Virus record (IMG/VR): IMGVR_UViG_3300023199_000204
Span: 252,474 to 316,473 of that record
Strand: one strand, 5' to 3'
DNA length: 64,000 bases
The position numbers and the translations under genes are program-made. Shown here one piece after another: positions 10,590 through 22,469 of this stretch (positions are counted from its first letter, which is position 1; every line of letters begins with the position of its first letter). The notes beneath the pieces were generated by a model. The model searched no databases and was not told the origin of the DNA. It was given only the letters and a program-made list of their open reading frames with translations.

Positions 10590-10663
10590 GCGGGTGTAAC
10601 TTAATTTGGTAGAGTGTGAGATTTCCAATCTTAAGATTGCGAGTTCGAGTCTCGTCTCCCGCT
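10590..10663 (+). tRNA. tRNA-Gly(TCC), second copy
   Basis: GCGGGTG/CTCCCGC, TGAGA-TTTCCAA-TCTTA. Confidence 0.88.
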
Positions 10664-12576
10664 TTTAATAAGGAGGAAGCTAATGGCAGATATAGAGTGT
10701 TCAAAATGGTCTGGTTTTTATAATGTTCCCGAAGGAAGGTGGGATACTAATCATCCTAAATGGGAAAAATATTATGGTGGTAAATCAACGAATGTTAATT
10801 CTCCAGATTATGATCCAAAGTATTCTGACGAAACAGGAGCTTCTTGGTTGAGACGTTTTAAACAGAGGATAAAATGAATCGAAAAGGACATAAAAGGTTA
10901 GATGTTAAAGTAAGAACTGGTGGTAATGGACTATGGTCAAGGGTAGCAAAAGAAGTAATTATTACTAAAATAGAATGGGAAATGTCTGACATTTTAGATG
11001 AAACTTATGTGAAACTATATCTTGATCCCGAAACTTGGAATCAAAAAGAAGATGGTTTAATTTATACAGATGATACTTTTGAAGCAAATATGCGAAATAT
11101 ATTATGTAATATGAAATGTGAAAGAAAACTTATTGATTTGCCTTGGGAGAAACTTTCATATACTGAACAAGGAATGCAGGGAGGACATAAATTTTGTTGT
11201 CCAGATGACTGTAATTCTTGTCCCATATATGTAAGTATGATATTAGGATCTTGGTAGGAGAGCAAATGAAGCTTAAAGAAAGGCCACAAGAGCCGACAGA
11301 AAAAATAGTATATGAAAAACTTAAGAAGAATATATATTCATACTACGAATATGTTAAAAAAAGAAGACCTTGAAGATGATGAAGAATTTGCCATAGAAGA
11401 TTGGAATGATGACGATGACCGCCTAATTGGCGGATGGGTCACAAGAAATGTTAGTGTATCTTTACAAGATATTGTTGATTTCTTTATAGAAAGAAACATA
11501 GATCTCAATGAAGTTTATCCATATTATGAAGAAGAAGTTAGAGTAGATGATGCTTTTATGCTAGGATATGCTGAGCCATTTTTTCATTATACGAAAGAAG
11601 AAGCTGATGAAGATTTTGAAAAAAGAGTTAAGCAATATAAGAAAGATTTAAAAAACTATAAGAAATGGTATAATGAAAATAAAGAAGAAATAAAAGCAGA
11701 AAAGGCAAGGATAAGAGAGGAAAAGAAAAGATTAAAAGAAGAAGAAAAGCAGAATAAAAAATTAGAAAAGTTAAAGAAAAAAAAAATAAATTATAAAAGA
11801 GCTTATGGAGTTAGAAAAATAGTATGTCAAATCACTGGGATCCTTTAAAGGATATTACAATCTTTGCGTTTGAATTATCTCAAAATTCACAAGTAATGAA
11901 TTTGCTAACTGATAAAGGAATTATTAAAATTCACGCTGACGGGGACTGATGTGCTTTTGCGTGGATAGAAGAATTCTCCACACCAGCACTGGGGTTCCCA
12001 GCCAAAATAATTGAAATGAAAGAGGGAACTTATTTTGCTGGAATTAATGAAGATTATGAAGTAACTGATGTTTGTTTTTATAACTTGGAAACTGACAGAG
12101 GAACTTTCGCGATGGAATTGAGAGTATCTCATAACGGTTATTATGGAGGCTCCCTATGTATATTAGAGGCTCCAAAAGATAATGGTTATAAAGATCTTAC
12201 AGAAGAAGACAAAGTATTAATTGATGGTATGTGGTCAAAGCAAATATCTGATGAAGAATTTAATGATTTGTTGAAAAGAACAGATTGGAAAATAAAGGAT
12301 AAAGAAAGTGAAAATAACGGAAGATGAAGCTTGGGGAAATTTTAGAAGGTAAAGATTTAATAGTAAAACAATATGAGTATGTGAGAAGATAGAGTGTTTT
12401 ATTTTCAATAGTTTTTAAAAGAGATGATAAGTTTTATAGTTTTGCTTGGGATCAGTCAGCAATTAAATATCAAGATGGACAGGAGCAATTACATATTGAT
12501 CATGAAGGAATGATAGGTTGTAGAGAAGTGGAACCATATGAAAAAACTATGTATAGAGTTAAAAAATGAATTAAAC

Positions 12577-12650
12577 GGTCCCATAGTCTAATGGTTTATG
12601 ATTTCGCTCTTTCAAAGCGAAGGTGTTGGGTTCAATTCCCACTGGGATCA
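12577..12650 (+). tRNA. tRNA-Glu(TTC)
   Basis: GGTCCCA/TGGGATC, TCGCT-CTTTCAA-AGCGA. Confidence 0.9.
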
Positions 12651-12830
12651 AAGGAAAATATTAAAGTTAAAGAAAAAAAAGAAGCAATAAAATTAAGAAA
12701 AAAAAAGGAAAATCCGTTAATTATATATCTAAAAAATTAAAAGTAGGAAAAGGAAGCGTATCTACTTGGTGTAGAGATATTATTTTAACTGAAGAACAAA
12801 AAAGAAATCTATTAAAAAATAGTAATAAAT
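12651..12830 (+). pseudogene. Remnant of an HTH-containing (homing-endonuclease-like) gene between the two Glu tRNAs
   Basis: Fragments read KEAIKLRK..GKSVNYISKKLKVGKGSVSTWCRDIILTEEQ; no start codon, frameshifted. Confidence 0.45.
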
Positions 12831-12836
12831 AAAAAA

Positions 12837-12910
12837 GGCCCTATCGTCTAATTGGTTTAGGATACGGCGTTCTCAATGCTGAGATCGGAGTTCAAATCTC
12901 CGTAGGGTTA
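12837..12910 (+). tRNA. tRNA-Glu(CTC)
   Basis: GGCCCTA/TAGGGTT, CGGCG-TTCTCAA-TGCTG. Confidence 0.9.
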
Positions 12911-13888
12911 ATAAGGAAATACAATGTTTTTTAATTTCTTGAATAAATTGTTTAGAAAGACTAGTCCCAATGTTAAAAAGTGTGGTATTTATTTATGTGA
13001 TTATGAAATACCAAATACTTTTAATAGAAATTACTGTGATTTTCATAGGGAAAATGGATTTAATGGGGAGCCACTAGTATGTTCAGTATGTAATAAATGT
13101 GCGAGGATTAATTCAAATGGAACCAATTATTGCGATCTCTGCTATTCATTAAAGAATAAAGAGGAAATAGTTAAAACAATTGTTAAATTATGGAATCAAA
13201 ACATTAAAAACATATCATCTTGGGAAGATATGGCGAGGATGGCAGTAGAAGAGTTTAGTTGAAAGGATTTAAATTAAATGTACAGAACTAATGCTTTTAA
13301 AAATGATGACAAGTCTATTGAGGATTTTATTAGGAGGGCCCTAAGGACAAATTTTAATCGCTGGGAAAGAATAGATATTCAACCAATTGGCTCATTCTTT
13401 CATCATAAAGTTTTTACACTATCTAAAACAGAAGAGGATTCAAAAGTAAATATTTTAAGTTTTGTGTTTAGAAAATATTATACAAGACCTGGATATAAAA
13501 TAATAATGTTATTGGGGGAAAGAAAGAACCTTACTATATTTATAGAGATAAGAGAAGTAAAAATAGATTTGAAATTCCAAAGAAATTACATAAACAGATA
13601 ATATCTTTTTATAATGATTTTATTAATTGGGCTGATGAACAAAAAGAAATGAAAAGATTAAAAGAATTTGAAAAGCTATATGAGAAAATATAAGGAAATA
13701 ATGAAAATTAAAGATGAATTTGATTTAGCTAGAGTTATTCATGATATTTTGATGGAAGATTATATTATTTGGAACACGTTTAATTTGGTGAGTAGCAAAG
13801 GTAAAGAAATATATTTAGATAAAGATGATGTAGAGTATGTAATTACGATAAATAAAAATGTTGTTTCAAAAGTATAATGTGGAGTTAA

Positions 13889-14641
13889 ATGTCTAAAAAG
13901 AGAGAAGATATAGATAAAAAGAAAGATATAATAATTTCTATGCTTAAATCAGGAATTTCTAAGGCAGAAGTCTGTAGATATCTTAAGTGTAAATATATAA
14001 CTCTAAAATCTAGATTGGATAAATGGGGATGTAACATAAAAAATACGCATAGAAAAAGTTTCCCGAGACTCAATAATAGAAAACACGTATCTGAATATTT
14101 ACATCACGACAGTAATATTAATTCTTTTAAGCTCAAAAAAAAATTATGGCAGGATGGTTATAAAGCAAAATTTTGTGAAGAGTGTGGAATATATAAATGG
14201 CGTGGAAAACCAGCACCTTTAGAGTTAGATCATACTGATGGTTACAAATTTAATAATTGTATAGAAAATTTAAAGATTCTGTGTGCAAACTGTCACGCTA
14301 AAAAATCAACTAATGGTGGGAAAAATAAAGGTACTTATAAAATTAGCTCCGTCTCTCAATTGGCAGAAGAAACGCGCTTAGACCGCGTACGGTGTGAGTT
14401 CGAATATCACCGGAGCTATAATAAAAAATCTAAAAATAAATGTATTGATTGTAAAAAAGAAATAAAAAAAACTAGTAAAAGGTGTAAGAAATGCTTTTCT
14501 CTCAGTTCAAGAAAAATAGAATGGCCTCCTGTAGAAAAAATACTAGAAATACTAAAAGAGGAAAATTATACAAAGCTTGCTAAAAGATTAGGAGTGACTG
14601 ATAACGCAATTAGAAACTATTTAAAAAGAAACAATAAATAG
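13889..14641 (+). CDS. HNH endonuclease with N- and C-terminal HTH-like regions; contains an embedded tRNA
   Basis: CEECG..LELDHTDG..NN..NLKILCANCH; C-terminal CxxC pairs and LAKRLGVTDNAIR. Confidence 0.85.
   Translation: MSKKREDIDKKKDIIISMLKSGISKAEVCRYLKCKYITLKSRLDKWGCNIKNTHRKSFPRLNNRKHVSEYLHHDSNINSFKLKKKLWQDGYKAKFCEECGIYKWRGKPAPLELDHTDGYKFNNCIENLKILCANCHAKKSTNGGKNKGTYKISSVSQLAEETRLDRVRCEFEYHRSYNKKSKNKCIDCKKEIKKTSKRCKKCFSLSSRKIEWPPVEKILEILKEENYTKLAKRLGVTDNAIRNYLKRNNK
14345..14418 (+). tRNA. tRNA with Leu(TAG) anticodon and short variable loop, inside the HNH ORF
   Basis: AGCTCCG/CGGAGCT, ACGCG-CTTAGAC-CGCGT, GTGAG-TTCGAAT-ATCAC. Confidence 0.8.
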
Positions 14642-15407
14642 ATGGAACCAACTATAAAAAGTGGAACAGAGCTAAAAGAACAAGTTTAAAATGCTAGTAT
14701 TATGATTACATAACATATTTTAAGGAAAAAAAATGAAAGTTTATGTTTTAAAATGGGAAGATAATAGAAATAATAATTGGAATAAATTTAACTTATTTGA
14801 AACAAGAAAGTCAGCCAATGAAAAGGTTAGGGAATATCTTACAAATATTTATATAGAAGAGGAAATGGAAGGCTTTGACACAAATAGTCCAACGGAAGAG
14901 AAATTAAGAAAGAAGGCATCAAAAATATCCTTAAAAGAATTAAGTAAGAAAGTTGGATGTTTATGTTATTATGAAATCATTAGAACAGAAGTCGAAAAAT
15001 AGGAGAGAAATGGGAACTAGATCGATTACCATTGTTAAAGAAAAAGAACTTAAAAGTAAGAATAATTATTTAGTAATGTATAGACAAATGGATGGTCATC
15101 CTGAAACTCACGGCTACGAGCTTGCCAGCTTTTTAAATGGAATGAAGATAGTAAATGGAATTCCATATGGAGAGGACACTTCTCAAATCGCCAATGGAAT
15201 GGATTGTTTGGCAGCTCAGATAGTTGCTTATTTTAAAGACGGTCCTGGTAGTATATATTTATGTCCCTCAAATGAGTTACAACACGAGTGTTTTGATTAT
15301 TATGTTTATTTAAACAAGGGCAACAAAATAATGATTAAGTGTATGAGTGGAGACGAAACATTGTTTAAAGGCACGCCAAAACAATATTTAAAATGGGTAA
15401 ATAAATA

Positions 15408-15617
15408 ATGATAGAAGCTCTTTTTGTCGTAGAAGGTTCGCAGGCTTATAATGCTGGTGTTAGGAAAGGTGATAAAATACTTGCCTTTAATGATGTTGTT
15501 GTTAAGTCTTTAATAGATTATATAAGAGCGAAGAGAAATTCAGGCGAATATGAAACCATTCTCGTTAGTAGGTATGGAGAACAAAAGTATTTTAGATGGA
15601 AAAAGAATAGAGGGTAG
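15408..15617 (+). CDS. Small PDZ-domain protein
   Basis: VVEGSQAYNAGVRKGDKILAFND. Confidence 0.7.
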   Translation: MIEALFVVEGSQAYNAGVRKGDKILAFNDVVVKSLIDYIRAKRNSGEYETILVSRYGEQKYFRWKKNRG

Positions 15618-15698
15618 GCATATGTTGGTTTGATGCGACCGCCTGCTAAGCGGTTGGCTCCGTGATGGAGTCCGCGAGTTCGATTCTCGTGCCCTCTG
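15609..15698 (+). tRNA. tRNA-Ser(GCT)
   Basis: ACCGC-CTGCTAA-GCGGT, long variable arm. Confidence 0.9.
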
Positions 15699-15733
15699 CT
15701 TAAAGGAGAAAGAATGAGATTTTGAATATCTTG

Positions 15734-15823
15734 GGAAGATAGGTAGATATGGTTTGCTACGTCAGTTTGGAAAACTGATCTGTCTTGTAAAAGACAGTGC
15801 GGGTTCGAATCCCGTGTCTTCCG
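15734..15823 (+). tRNA. tRNA-Ser(GGA)
   Basis: TCAGT-TTGGAAA-ACTGA, long variable arm. Confidence 0.9.
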
Positions 15824-16491
15824 TTGTTTAAAAGGAGAGACTTATGTTTAGAAAGTTTAGAAGCATAGTTTTGATATTTTTTATTCCATTCGTTCTGATT
15901 TTTGAAGGATTACGAAAAGTTTTAAAACATTTGAGAAGATTTCTTTCTTTACTTGGACACGAAAGAATAATTAGTCATTATAAAAGAAGCAAGTTTAATC
16001 CATATGAAGAAGCCAATAAGATGGGATATTATATATGCTTAGATCCTTATGAAGCAGAAAAATATATAACAATTCCATTACCAAATCCTAGTAGTATTAA
16101 TGATGTTAAATCATATTGGGCTAAAAGTTTTATAGATTATCCAAAAGAAAGAGCACCTAAGGGCAAACAATGGAAACTTTTTACTGGAAAAAATGAAGGT
16201 GTTAATTTTGCTGATGGAATGCCAGAATGGAGATTAGTTGATGAAAGTAATTAATTCAGGATATTTAAAATATATTCAAAACTTTTATAATTATTTGTCT
16301 AAAATAAGGGCAAAAAGTGTAGATGTTAGTGGATCAGTTTATAAAGAAATTCGAAATCATTTAGTTGATGTTTTTAATCCCTGTTCTTCATTATCGATAA
16401 TCAGAAAACATTCGGACCCTACACGCATTTTTGTTGGTCATTTAATTTTAGAAAATAATGAGGCCGCGGAGTTTTATGTTAAAAGGAAAAA

Positions 16492-17658
16492 ATGAAATAT
16501 ATAATATTAAGTGATCTTCATTTAGGGCACAAAGGGATCCAGAATAATGGATTTGTATCTTTACTTTCTAATATTCCAGAGGGTGCGGATGGATATGGCA
16601 AGAGTAAGTTAGACAGTTTTTCTACAGCCATAAAAGATTTTTGTGGAGAAGATAAAGCAGTTTTGATTTTAAATGGTGATTTATTAGAGCTTTCATTAGC
16701 GACAATGAGAGATGCTCTTGACAGCTTTTTAGATGTGATTGCTACAATAAAAGACAATGTAAGTAAAATAATATTAATTGTTGGAAATCACGATCATCAT
16801 ATTTGGTCTTTACATTCAGAGTATAGCAGGTCATTAAATCATTTACTTTCTGGAGATTTGCCAGCAGTGGGGACGGCTTATAGGACAACGATATTTGCTG
16901 AGAAAGCACATCTTTTAGATCCGCTTATTAAAAAACAAATTGACGAAAACATTGACTTTAAAGTATCATATCCTTCTTTACGGCTCCATTTAAATAATGG
17001 AGATGAACCAGTTTATTGTTATATTACACACGGTCATTTATTGAGTGGATTATATAATTTAACTTCAAGAATACTAAAACCTTTTGCTATTGGTAGAGAA
17101 ACAGAATATACAATTGCCGAAGTTAATTCTGCCTTAATTGAGTTTATGTATTGGTCAGCAGGAGAAATGGGCGATGGGATGGGAGTTGATGGGATCCTTG
17201 AGGCAATGTACACGGACTTAGAAAAGGGAAAGAGTTCTAAAATGAAGGAACTTCTTGTTAATTTATCTAATACATTGTTTCCAGATGGAGTTTTATCGTT
17301 TGTCCCAGATGTTTTGGAAAGAAAAATATTTAGTTGGCTAGCAGAAAAGATGTCCAAGAAACTATCAAAGGATAGAGATAAGCCCATATCCTCAGTTGAT
17401 AGATACGCTTCTTTGGAAGATACTAGAAATTACGTTAATGATTGGACTAACAATGTTGTTGATTTATCACCTCCATATAAAAGAATGATTTTTGTTTCTG
17501 GTCATACGCATCGTGCTGACGAGTTTAATATTAATGAAACTGTTAAATATTATAACACTGGATCGTGGTTATTAGAGCCAGCCCATCCTGAACCAGAGTC
17601 AAGACTCCTTTTTATAGAGGACGGAGAAGAACTGAAAATTGAGTTTAAGGTAATATAA
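16492..17658 (+). CDS. Calcineurin-like metallophosphoesterase
   Basis: SDLHLG, NGD, GNHD, THGH, GHTH and NTGSW motifs. Confidence 0.88.
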   Translation: MKYIILSDLHLGHKGIQNNGFVSLLSNIPEGADGYGKSKLDSFSTAIKDFCGEDKAVLILNGDLLELSLATMRDALDSFLDVIATIKDNVSKIILIVGNHDHHIWSLHSEYSRSLNHLLSGDLPAVGTAYRTTIFAEKAHLLDPLIKKQIDENIDFKVSYPSLRLHLNNGDEPVYCYITHGHLLSGLYNLTSRILKPFAIGRETEYTIAEVNSALIEFMYWSAGEMGDGMGVDGILEAMYTDLEKGKSSKMKELLVNLSNTLFPDGVLSFVPDVLERKIFSWLAEKMSKKLSKDRDKPISSVDRYASLEDTRNYVNDWTNNVVDLSPPYKRMIFVSGHTHRADEFNINETVKYYNTGSWLLEPAHPEPESRLLFIEDGEELKIEFKVI

Positions 17659-18431
17659 AATGAACAACTTTGATTATAAAAAAGCGTTTGAGTGGATATT
17701 AAAGCACGGAGCATATATTAAACTTCCCTATAAAGAAGAACTTGATGACTGGTATAGAGAGATTGGATGTCCAACTTTAGGAATAATAAATGGAAAATAT
17801 ACTGTTAGATCTATTAGAAATATGTATGGAAAGAATTTTGATTCATTGAAAGAGGCATTAGAAGAGTTTATTCCTAATTGTGATAATATAGGTGCTATAC
17901 AATGCTATACTGAAAATGAGTTAGGGATTAACTCTGAAGAAAATTGGGATGAAATGGTAGAGGCAATTAAAAAAGAAAAAGAAAAAAGAGATGCTAACAA
18001 AAGCAGAAATGATGATTGTTAGGAAATATAATATTGGAGTAATATGGGACACTGGTGCTACGAAATAGTAGATAATTATAATGCTTTAATAGCAAGGTGC
18101 GAAGATATATTTTGGTTTTGGTTGAGCAAAAAAATGTATCTTGATATAGATGAAAAAGATTATTATTGTGCTCATATAAATATTTCTTTTGATAAAAATA
18201 ATGATTTAATCAAATGTGAGTATAAAGGAAAAAGATGGGAGTTCCCATCATCTTATATAGATAATGATAAATGGATGACTGAATTAGAATTTCAAATAAA
18301 AGAAGAAAATATTGAAGAACAAATTGTAAATATTAAAAATCGCTTTGCTAATGAAAATGAAGAAAAGAAACTTTATTTAAAATTAAAAGAGAAATATGAA
18401 TGATAGATATAAGAAAGTAAATAACAAAATA

Positions 18432-18504
18432 GGGGATGTAGTTTAGTTGGGAAAACCTCTGATTTGCGATCAGAAGAGCGTCGGTTCGAGTCCGACCATC
18501 TCCA
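18432..18504 (+). tRNA. tRNA-Ala(TGC)
   Basis: GGGGATG/CATCTCC with G3:U70, TTTGCGA loop. Confidence 0.92.
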
Positions 18505-18535
18505 ATAATTTCAAATTTATTAGGAGGATAGGAAT

Positions 18536-18850
18536 ATGCGAAAAGCAAAAAGAAAAGTTTTTTAAAAATATCTGGAAAGACGACAGACGGAAAGTTAGTA
18601 TATAGTGGTCTTTATGAACTTAGGAATACTTACGGAATTCCATTAGATATAAGTATTCCATTTATTCACGATAATGATGGAATTCCAGACTGGTTTAATA
18701 TATATGAAGAGGCTTTAAAATATAACCTTCCATATGATAGATTAAGAAATAATTTAAGTGTTATAATAGTTGATCTATATAGTGAAGACATATGTAATTC
18801 AATATTATTTAAACTTGATAAAGTTAATGAAATTGGATTAGTTAAAATAA
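18536..18850 (+). pseudogene. Frameshifted ORF resembling a fragment of alanyl-tRNA synthetase
   Basis: Frame starting 18559 reads SGLYELRNTYGIPLDI, like the AlaRS motif GxxxFxLYDTYGFPxD; the ATG at 18536 is out of frame at A/T runs. Confidence 0.5.
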
Positions 18851-18852
18851 AA

Positions 18853-18926
18853 GGGGCTGTAGCTCAATTGGGAGATCAACTCTCTGGCAGAGAGAAGGTT
18901 TGTGAGTTCGAGTCTCATCAGCTCCA
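18853..18926 (+). tRNA. tRNA-Ala(GGC)
   Basis: GGGGCTG/CAGCTCC with G3:U70, CTGGCAG loop. Confidence 0.85.
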
Positions 18927-20932
18927 AAAGGACGATTATGGATAAAGAAGAACTTAATAAAAAAAGAGAAAATTTAATGCTAGAAATTAGAGCTATGGAA
19001 AAGGAAATAGCATTACTTGCTTGTTATTTTTACGATAGCCTTTCTAAAAAAGAAGCTAGAAAAAGACCAGAGCTAAAATATCTTTTATGGCAACAAGTAG
19101 ATGACTTCCAAAGTACTTTAAAAGAAATGGAAAAGCTCGATGACATAACATCTAAAAGGATACTTAATGAAAGTTTTAAACACTAATCAAAATACTCCCT
19201 TTAACCTTCTCCAAAGGGGAGTTGTAAAATATCTAGGAAAATTCCCACCACCTGAAAATATAAAAAAAGACAGATATAAAGCCATTTGTTTGTGGAGATA
19301 CGGACTTGAACTTCAATATGTTGCTATTAGAAAAAATGAAAATAATCCTAAATTATGGGTAGTAACCGTTGCCTCTAGAAAAAAAGATTTGGAAAAAGCA
19401 ATATTTTGGGGACCAATGACACCAGAACAAATTGTTGATATTCTTGGCGACACGATTAAAGTTCAAGAAAATTCAACAACTCAAGTTTTATCGATGCTTA
19501 AATAAGGAGATTTTTATGGGCGTTTTGTCTTGTGAAAGAAGAGGCTGTGATAATGTAATGTGTGATCATATAGTTACAGTTTCTCCTAAAGAATATTATC
19601 ACACAGAAAGCAGATATATGAGCCGATATATTTGTGATGAATGTCTTTCATTATTTCTTGATATTAAGAATCAATTAAGTGCTAATGCTACGGAAGAAGA
19701 AGTGTGTATAGCGATAGACAACTTCTTTGATAATGGTAATTACATTTCTGGTGGAACTGGAAGCAATGTTTTTGCTGAAATTGTTAAAGTAACGAGGAGT
19801 TAAAAAGTAGGTAGTTTTATTAAAAAGGTGATTACAATGAACTTTGATATTAAAGATGAGTTTTATTTTAAAGAAGAACCAGATGAGTTATATAAAGTTG
19901 TTGGCTTTTGTTCCTTTCTATCTGGCGAAGAGGCAGGAGTATATGTAATATATAAATGTATTAATTCTCACGTTTTAAATAAAATTAATGAAACCTTCCG
20001 CGAAGAGTATAAAACCTTAGAGTATAAGGTAATCAAACTGTGAATAAAATATATATAATTACCAGCCTCTCTTTAAAAAAATCAAGAGAAGAGGCAGAGC
20101 ATTTGTGCCCTCAAGGCTGGCACTATAATCTTGAGGACGCTATAAAGTTAGTAGAGGAGCTTGATAGCGAGGCAGGATGGTTTTCTCATATTGTTATAGA
20201 AGAGTTAAAGGAGGGCTTGAATCTACAATCTTTTACTGGTAAAGATGAAGTTTGGTTTGAGTTTTGTGAGGGAGAGGAATTTAAGAAGAAAAAAGTTGTG
20301 CGACCAGAGGAATTGAAAATGTATAATCTTCACGGAATTCATGGGCTATATGGCCCAAGTATAAAGGAAAGGAAAAAAAATGGATCATAATTGTACTGGA
20401 GAAGATTGTATATTTTGTCCACGAACGGATGAAGAAATTAAAAATATTTCAGAAAAAATAAAAGAAAGGGAAGAAGAAAGAAAGAAAGAGATTGAAAAAT
20501 TCAATATAGAGATTGAAGAGAAAGCAGTTGCCGACGCCAAAGAATTATTTATAAAATATTGTTTTTCAGCAAAAAATGTTGAAGTTTTGTATTTTCCAAA
20601 AAGCATTACTCCTCACCTTCGTGTTGGCGGTCATAGCACTTCTTATAATGCTGGGCTCAATATTATAACAAAAATAAATGTTCATTCCCATAATACTGGA
20701 ATTAATTTAATTAAATTTAATGGATTTGTTAATATAGTATCTGGTGATATGTTTTATGCTCATTTTAATAAATCAAAAATTGAGTACAAGAAAGACATTT
20801 ATCTTTGGAAAGATAAACCATATAAAAAGCAATATATTATTGAAATAGATTTCAAAGCAGAAGAGACTGCTTTTCAAATAGATAAAATTAATGATTATAA
20901 ACAAACAATAGCAACCTACAAAACTTTATAAT

Positions 20933-21379
20933 ATGGAAGAAAAAGTAAAAATTATTTGGGGGAAGTCAAAACATCTATCTCTAAAGAAAAAAAAGAAATT
21001 AGAAGAAGTAAAAAAGATGTTTGTAATATGGAAAGAGACTTTATGTCTTCATCCAGATGATGAGATTCATATTAAATATGTTGGAAAGAAAAAATTTAAG
21101 ATGCGAGTTAATTATAAATTGGCTGAATATAAAAGATATATTTTAGAAGTTTCTAAGTCTTGCTTAAAAGATAAGAGAGATTTTAAAAGAGAAGCTGATG
21201 TTATTCACGAGACAGTTCATATAGTAATATATCCATATACTGAGTTAGCAGAAAATTTTACTGAGATGGTAAAGGGAGAGAAGGGGGAGATTTTAAAAGA
21301 ACTTCTTGTGAAGGCTGAAGAAAGTGTGGTTTCTAGGCTAGAATTAGCATTGGCAAGAATGGTAGGAATTCAAATTTAA
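20933..21379 (+). CDS. HExxH-motif protein (possible zincin-like metalloprotease)
   Basis: VIHETVH motif only. Confidence 0.4.
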   Translation: MEEKVKIIWGKSKHLSLKKKKKLEEVKKMFVIWKETLCLHPDDEIHIKYVGKKKFKMRVNYKLAEYKRYILEVSKSCLKDKRDFKREADVIHETVHIVIYPYTELAENFTEMVKGEKGEILKELLVKAEESVVSRLELALARMVGIQI

Positions 21380-21380
21380 A

Positions 21381-22469
21381 ATGAAACTTAAAAAATCTGG
21401 TCTCCCTGAAATTTACAAAAACATAATAAAAGAGAAAAATTTCATATACTTGTTGGTATTTTTATTTATGTTTGGCGGTATTATATTTAAAATACCAATA
21501 ATAGCGGGTTGGTTTGGATTTATATTGGCAAGTTATTCTGTCGTTTCCAATGATAGTATTCAAACAATAGGCACATTCTTAGCGTCTAACAGGAGTAAAA
21601 ATTGGATTATATTATGGGTATATATAGGATTAATATTTTTATTAACAACAACCTATAGTTGGTTAATATATTCTGGAGATGTTTCATATGGGAGACTTGC
21701 TTCAAAAGGGTTTGAGAATAGTCCAACTAGTTTTAATTACTTACAAGTTGTAGCTCCATTATTTTTGCTTATATTAACTAAACTTAAAATGCCAGTATCA
21801 ACTACTTTTTTAATACTAAGTAGTTTTGCGACTACTGGAAGTAGCATAGGTAAAATTCTATTTAAAAGTGTTTCAGGTTATTTTCTAGCATTTTCAGTTG
21901 CGTTAATTATCTGGCTCTTTATTCACTCCTATATTAAAAAGGCTATAAAAAAAAAGAAAAAAGCAAGTTCTGTGTGGAGAATATTTCAATGGCTCACTTC
22001 TGGAACGTTGTGGTCAATTTGGCTGATGCAAGATGCGGCAAATATTGCGGTATACCTACCTAGAGAAATGAGTTTATTAACATTCGGTTTGTTTTGCTCT
22101 ATAATAATAGCAGGTCTTGGAATTTTGATGTATTATAGAGGTGGGAAAATTCAAACCATAATTCTTGAAAAGAGTTATGTTGAGGATGTTAGACCAGCAA
22201 CTATAATAGATGTTATATATTCAGGAATTCTTTTTTATTTTAAAATGATTAACAAAATACCATTAAGTACTACTTGGGTTTTTGTTGGATTTTTAGGTGG
22301 AAGGGAATTAGCAATTAATATTATGTCCAAAGAAAAAAAGAGAAATTATAAAAAAGTTGGTAGGATGTTGGCGAGAGATATAACATATTTAATTATAGGA
22401 TTGCTAGTGTCCTTAATACTTTCAATATCAATAAATCCTATAATTAGAAAATCCATACTAGGATTTTAG
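21381..22469 (+). CDS. Polytopic membrane protein, possibly PiT-like phosphate transporter
   Basis: About 10 hydrophobic segments; internal repeats ND/QD..N and PVSTT/PLSTT typical of the PiT fold. Confidence 0.6.
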   Translation: MKLKKSGLPEIYKNIIKEKNFIYLLVFLFMFGGIIFKIPIIAGWFGFILASYSVVSNDSIQTIGTFLASNRSKNWIILWVYIGLIFLLTTTYSWLIYSGDVSYGRLASKGFENSPTSFNYLQVVAPLFLLILTKLKMPVSTTFLILSSFATTGSSIGKILFKSVSGYFLAFSVALIIWLFIHSYIKKAIKKKKKASSVWRIFQWLTSGTLWSIWLMQDAANIAVYLPREMSLLTFGLFCSIIIAGLGILMYYRGGKIQTIILEKSYVEDVRPATIIDVIYSGILFYFKMINKIPLSTTWVFVGFLGGRELAINIMSKEKKRNYKKVGRMLARDITYLIIGLLVSLILSISINPIIRKSILGF

